Positions 63,539 to 64,000 of a DNA stretch of 64,000 nt are shown one piece after another. A program made the translations under genes and the position numbers. The stretch is from an uncultured Planctomycetaceae bacterium (GTDB lineage Bacteria; Planctomycetota; Planctomycetia; Gemmatales; Gemmataceae). Positions within the stretch are counted from its first letter, which is position 1, and each line of letters opens with the position of its first letter. Where the stretch lies: contig CALARU010000158.1 in the NCBI GenBank assembly GCA_937888715.1, positions 22,808-86,807 of the forward strand, written 5' to 3'. The notes under the pieces are model-generated. The model saw only the letters and a program-made list of their open reading frames with translations. It had not been told where the DNA came from and did not search any database.

Positions 63539-64000
63539 ATGGGAAGCTTCGCTTCTTTAAACCAAAAGTGGGCCTTAGACCTATTGTTGGGCTGTTTAAA
63601 AATCAATGGTGTAACGGGCAAAGAAGCTGCGATTGCCAAGCACGTAATTGCAACCTTGATAAATGTCGGCGTTTCAAAAAACCTCATTAAATACGATAAG
63701 GCGCACCAAGAAATCCCACTCCCCACGGAATGTGGCAATGTCATAGTAACTTTGCCTGGCAGTGTAAAAGGGCCGCGACTTCTTTTTTCCACGCACTTAG
63801 ATACGGTGCCTTTATGTGCGGGTGCAGTACCCGTTTTAAAAGGAAAAAAAATAACCGCAGCGAGCAGAACCGCCCTTGGGGGAGACAACCGAACCGGAGT
63901 GGCATGCCTGATTTATCTTGCTGCAAAACTAATGAAAGAGAATATTCCCCACCCTCCGATAACGCTTCTTTTTACAGTCCGCGAGGAAAGCGGGTTATTT
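63539..64000 (+). CDS. M20/M42-type metallopeptidase (peptidase T / deblocking-aminopeptidase-like), N-terminal part; continues beyond the window
   Basis: Not in the ORF track because no stop is reached. ATG at 63539 with GGAG upstream, translating to MGSFASLNQKWALDLLLGCLKINGVTGKEAAIAKHV...GPRLLFSTHLDTVP...ALGGDNRTGVACLIYLA...ITLLFTVREESGL, which carries the HxD and GGDNRxG/E-E metal-site patterns. Confidence 0.8.
   Translation, partial: MGSFASLNQKWALDLLLGCLKINGVTGKEAAIAKHVIATLINVGVSKNLIKYDKAHQEIPLPTECGNVIVTLPGSVKGPRLLFSTHLDTVPLCAGAVPVLKGKKITAASRTALGGDNRTGVACLIYLAAKLMKENIPHPPITLLFTVREESGLF

Noticed and set aside
63364-63888. The 831-aa minus-strand ORF (61393..63888) would add a 175-aa N-terminal extension to the transporter-like protein.
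   Set aside because: The extension is antisense to a well-supported plus-strand M20/M42 peptidase gene starting at 63539 and has no membrane or protein-like features. The ATG at 63363 (MSDPSQ...) precedes the first TM segment. The longer ORF is a chance open frame.

Overview
This window is gene-dense, AT-leaning by eye, and looks like core chromosome from a didermic bacterium. I call about 50 protein-coding genes, arranged in alternating strand blocks.

Lineage: the protein families suggest a PVC-group or Planctomycetota-like organism. They include PQQ-like propellers with an FRGxNRD motif, a DUF6807/PmoA-like protein, a BBP7-like outer membrane barrel, Trx-TPR and Trx-NHL exported proteins, and LpxB/KdsB. 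This is inference only; no marker RNA is present.

Most genes are housekeeping:
- Nucleotide metabolism: guaB, purH, pyrG, dcd, and class II RNR nrdJ with a PduO-type adenosyltransferase downstream.
- Haem: HemY-type oxidase and hemH, the latter next to a 7Fe ferredoxin.
- Envelope: lpxB, kdsB, and a polyprenyl-phosphate sugar transferase.
- Translation and tRNA: obg, tilS, and an MnmE-like GTPase.
- Others: coaX, trpC, mtnA, glgC, xerC, and several peptidases (M16, M28-PDZ, M20/M42, CPBP).

Reading by eye, I found no rRNA, tRNA, CRISPR array, transposase/IS, prophage block or classical defence or toxin-antitoxin genes. I also found no convincing self-contained novel system.

The best second-look candidates are:
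1. A membrane-anchored thioredoxin-NHL (NHLRC2-like) protein immediately followed by a three-domain DsbD-like reductase.
2. A YVTN-propeller/di-haem peroxidase fusion.
3. A NYN-LOTUS (OST-HTH) protein.
4. An obg-coaX-MnmE-like-FAH translationally coupled operon, in which the MnmE paralogue lacks the C-terminal CIGK motif.
5. An ORF-free 258-nt segment ending in a strong terminator, which may be an sRNA.
6. A 31-nt tandem duplication of the dcd 3' end.

All functional calls come from motif recognition in the supplied translations. No database search was run.
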